Below are positions 17,578 through 19,848 of a stretch of 19,848 nucleotides of DNA, in pieces. A model generated the notes under the pieces. It had not been told where the DNA came from and searched no databases. It worked only from the letters and a program-made list of their open reading frames with translations. Every line of letters begins with the position of its first letter. Position 1 is the first letter of the stretch. The translations under genes and the position numbers were made by a program. Source of the stretch: a virus (taxonomy: Duplodnaviria > Heunggongvirae > Uroviricota > Caudoviricetes); IMG/VR virus record IMGVR_UViG_3300029571_000006; one strand, given 5' to 3'.

Positions 17578-17766
17578 TCAAATGGGTATATGGTATTTTG
17601 CGCATCGATTTAAGTATTCATCGAATAACTTCTTATTAACATATAACCGGTTGCCTAGTATAACAGTAAATGTGCTGTTAGGTCTTTTTAGTATTTCTCT
17701 TACCTTCGTTTCTCCCCATCCGGTGTATTCGCACACCTCTTTGAGGCTCATCAATATTTTCTCCAT
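17578..17766 (-). CDS. xis: Excisionase-like winged-helix DNA-binding protein
   Basis: 62 aa 'LMSLKEVCEYTGWGETKVREIL...GNRLYVNKKLFDEYL', upstream of int; RBS AAGGAG. Confidence 0.8.
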   Translation of the reverse strand: MEKILMSLKEVCEYTGWGETKVREILKRPNSTFTVILGNRLYVNKKLFDEYLNRCAKYHIPI

Positions 17767-17788
17767 TATGTATATCTCCTTATAAAGA

Positions 17789-17810
17789 GAGGCGGGCTTG
17801 CGCCCACCTC
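17789..17810 (-). terminator. GC-rich hairpin with GCAA tetraloop between dut and xis (terminator/attenuator candidate)
   Basis: GAGGTGGGC-GCAA-GCCCGCCTC followed by TCTTT, a weak U tract. Confidence 0.5.
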
Positions 17811-17818
17811 ATAATATT

Positions 17819-18265
17819 CTACAGCGAAACTCCTGTACTACCAAATCCTCCCGCACCTCTGTCCGTATCTGACAGCTCATCAACTTCATGCAGGTCAACA
17901 CTAATATACGGCATAATAACAAGCTGAGCAATTCTATCTCCATGATGAATAGTCTCACATTTATCAGAGTCATTATGCAGTGCTACAATGACCTCTCCTC
18001 TGTAATCTGAGTCCACAACTCCTACGCAATTTGAAGGTCTCAGACCTCTCTTTGTTGCAAGACCACTTCTTGCGAACACAGCGCCGAAGCATCCGTCCGG
18101 AATCTCTGTTGCAATACCAGTTCCGATTTTTACTGTAGCTCCTGCCGGAATATCCACGGCTCCTCTTTCAACATAAGCATACAGATCAAGTCCGGCTGCG
18201 CAAGCAGAACCTTTCGTTGGAATAGTTGCATCCGCTTTAAGTTTTTTAATATTCATTTCTACCAT
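17819..18265 (-). CDS. dut: Trimeric dUTPase
   Basis: All five motifs present: AGLDL, RSGLA, GVVDSDYRGE, GDRIAQL, RGAGGFGSTG. Confidence 0.97.
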   Translation of the reverse strand: MVEMNIKKLKADATIPTKGSACAAGLDLYAYVERGAVDIPAGATVKIGTGIATEIPDGCFGAVFARSGLATKRGLRPSNCVGVVDSDYRGEVIVALHNDSDKCETIHHGDRIAQLVIMPYISVDLHEVDELSDTDRGAGGFGSTGVSL

Positions 18266-18279
18266 TGTAATGTTCCTTC

Positions 18280-18708
18280 CTATTTATATAATTGATATTT
18301 TTTACTTATCTTGTGCGCTATTTCATCATCTAACGGACAAAACCACATACCAGTCAGAGTTGTTCCGTCATCCTCTTCCGGTTCTAACTCCGTCAGGCAT
18401 TTGTCGTATATGCATCCGTAGTCGATATCCTCGACTAGACCGAGTTCGTCTGCGATGTCTTTTGCTTTGAGCAGTTGATTCTTATTCCTTGCTTCACAGA
18501 CGGTCTTAGTAAATGATCCGCATACATAATCTCTGTATACGCTTTCTGGCATTGTCATCTGAGCCATATATTTACCGTCTTTTGTGTGATATAAATCACC
18601 TCTACGAATCTTTGAAGTCCAATATGCCTCGGCACAATGCATTACCTGAGCCATCATTTTTCCAGTTGACATATTTAGGTCTTTTCTCATAATAAACAAT
18701 CGTCTCAT
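18280..18708 (-). CDS. Peptidyl-tRNA hydrolase type 2 (Pth2) family protein
   Basis: 'MRKDLNMSTGKMMAQVMH' matches the Pth2 motif R.DL.M..GK..AQ..H, plus 'KTV', 'IYD..LTEL', 'TLT....P' and a terminal 'YQLY'. Confidence 0.85.
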   Translation of the reverse strand: MRRLFIMRKDLNMSTGKMMAQVMHCAEAYWTSKIRRGDLYHTKDGKYMAQMTMPESVYRDYVCGSFTKTVCEARNKNQLLKAKDIADELGLVEDIDYGCIYDKCLTELEPEEDDGTTLTGMWFCPLDDEIAHKISKKYQLYK

Positions 18709-18932
18709 TCTTTATCCCACCTTTCAGTCCATCTAGGCAGCGCACATACAAAGAAGCTGAGTATAAGCAAAAGAATGACTTTGATTGCAAGTGATATCAA
18801 CAATGGAGATACGATCCATACCCAATACCAATGCACAACTCCTAAGAGATTGAGTGCAATAAATATTGCCGTCAGAATGTATTTTGCACTATGCAACGCT
18901 ATTGACAGCTTCATTTCTTTATTTCTTTTCAA
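18705..18932 (-). CDS. Small two-TM membrane protein
   Basis: 'ILTAIFIALNLLGVVHWYWVWIVSPLLI' resembles a common phage small membrane family (L.L.GVI.WSW.WV..P). Overlaps both neighbours. Confidence 0.65.
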   Translation of the reverse strand: MKRNKEMKLSIALHSAKYILTAIFIALNLLGVVHWYWVWIVSPLLISLAIKVILLLILSFFVCALPRWTERWDKE

Positions 18933-19428
18933 GGCTTTCCCTCCACTCTTTCATGCTAATTATTCTTTGATTTGAAGACCCTCTGAACTCTAATGTAATA
19001 TCCTTTAGGTCTTCAACAAATCTTCCATCGACAAGCACATCTATCAAAGATAGTAACGAATCCGTCACATCACATCTGCAATTTGCCCCATCCGTCATAG
19101 CCTGCTCAAGTGTATATCCGGTATAACACCACACATCTTTTTCTGGATATTCAGATTTGACCCTTTGGAGGAGTCGTATTAAACCGCGTTGATTTTCCGG
19201 TTCTAACGGCTCCCCTCCGAGTATTGTAAGACCTTGAATATACGGTTCAGATAATAACTGGATAATGTATTCTTCCGTCTCATCTGTATACGGTTGTCCA
19301 TATTTGAAATCCCATGTCTCCGGCTGAAAGCAGTTCTTGCAATGGTTTCTGCACCCAGATACAAACAAGCTAACACGGACACCTTTACCATTTGCAATAT
19401 CACAATTTCTTATCTTCCCGTAATACAT
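18919..19428 (-). CDS. nrdG: Anaerobic ribonucleotide reductase activating enzyme
   Basis: 'DIANGKGVRVSLFVSGCRNHCKNCF' radical SAM CxxxCxxC, LGGEP, FRGSSNQR. Confidence 0.97.
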   Translation of the reverse strand: MYYGKIRNCDIANGKGVRVSLFVSGCRNHCKNCFQPETWDFKYGQPYTDETEEYIIQLLSEPYIQGLTILGGEPLEPENQRGLIRLLQRVKSEYPEKDVWCYTGYTLEQAMTDGANCRCDVTDSLLSLIDVLVDGRFVEDLKDITLEFRGSSNQRIISMKEWRESLEKK

Positions 19429-19430
19429 TA

Positions 19431-19847
19431 TTATTCACCGCCTAAATGAACATATCTTTCTTTAATTTCCTGTGTACGCCCCTGATTGAAATCGTTTACT
19501 CCAATGTATCCGCAAGTACGTCTTGCGATATTCATCTTTGTTCTATTTGTGTTTCCACAGTTCGGGCATTTCCAAATCAGCTTGCCATCATCGTTCTCTA
19601 CAATCTGGATTTCTCCATCATATCCACATTCCTGGCAGAAGTCAGATTTTGTATTAAGCTCTGCATACATAATGTGGTAGTAGATATACTTGATAACAGA
19701 TAAAGCTGCTTCCACATTGTCGCTAAGATTTGCTGTTTCAATGTATGAGATAGCACCGCCCGGACTTAATTGCTGGAACTCTGACTCAAATCTCAGTTTA
19801 TCAAAAGCATTGATTTTCTCTGTGACATGAACATGATAGCTGTTTGT
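19431..19847 (-). CDS. nrdD: Class III anaerobic ribonucleotide reductase, C-terminal part (continues off the right edge)
   Basis: The frame is open to the edge: TNSYHV...SPGGAISYIE..., two CxxC, glycyl radical loop RRTCGYIG, ERYVHL. Confidence 0.95.
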   Translation of the reverse strand, partial: TNSYHVHVTEKINAFDKLRFESEFQQLSPGGAISYIETANLSDNVEAALSVIKYIYYHIMYAELNTKSDFCQECGYDGEIQIVENDDGKLIWKCPNCGNTNRTKMNIARRTCGYIGVNDFNQGRTQEIKERYVHLGGE

Positions 19848-19848
19848 G

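Larger units (their letters stand above)
16050..19848 (-). mobile_element. End of a prophage-like element (continues right)
   Basis: Tightly packed nrdD-nrdG-TM-pth2-dut-xis-int followed by att-like repeats. No structural genes in the window. Confidence 0.7.

Noticed and set aside
18602..19403. Minus-strand alternative-frame ORFs 18602..18790 and 19203..19403
   Set aside because: Nested out of frame in pth2/TM gene and nrdG with no supporting features.
880..19703. All plus-strand ORFs in the track
   Set aside because: Nearly all are antisense shadows of well-supported minus-strand genes, with low-complexity Ser/Phe/Ile-rich translations and no recognisable motifs.
19431..19715. Stand-alone 94-aa zinc-ribbon protein
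   Set aside because: The frame stays open to the window edge; it is the C-terminus of NrdD.

Overview
Almost everything is on the minus strand. The window looks like a junction between two mobile elements in a low-GC Gram-positive host, probably Clostridia/Lachnospiraceae-like (inferred from the gene families). Right part (~16050-19848): the end of a temperate phage-like element with the 3' end of nrdD, nrdG, a small membrane protein, Pth2-type peptidyl-tRNA hydrolase, dUTPase, excisionase and tyrosine integrase, followed by an att-like region with TTACGCAAC repeats. Left part (1-~15960): the end of an ICE-like element with parA, parB, a frameshifted sortase-anchored thioester/Cna adhesin, HhH and RadC/JAB genes and a DUF3991/toprim-type gene. 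Three AT-rich candidate defence cassettes interrupt this backbone. Two are unrelated Lamassu/ABC-three-component systems (nuclease + small middle protein + SMC-like ATPase). The third is a three-gene ART-fold-like / DUF6575-like / SecB-like operon resembling a toxin-antitoxin-chaperone system. The most unusual items are this TAC-like operon, the divergent Lamassu-like system with a 4-Cys apex, and a palindromically arranged array of eight TCCCCAAC boxes at the ICE end. Family assignments come from motif recognition by eye; no searches were run.
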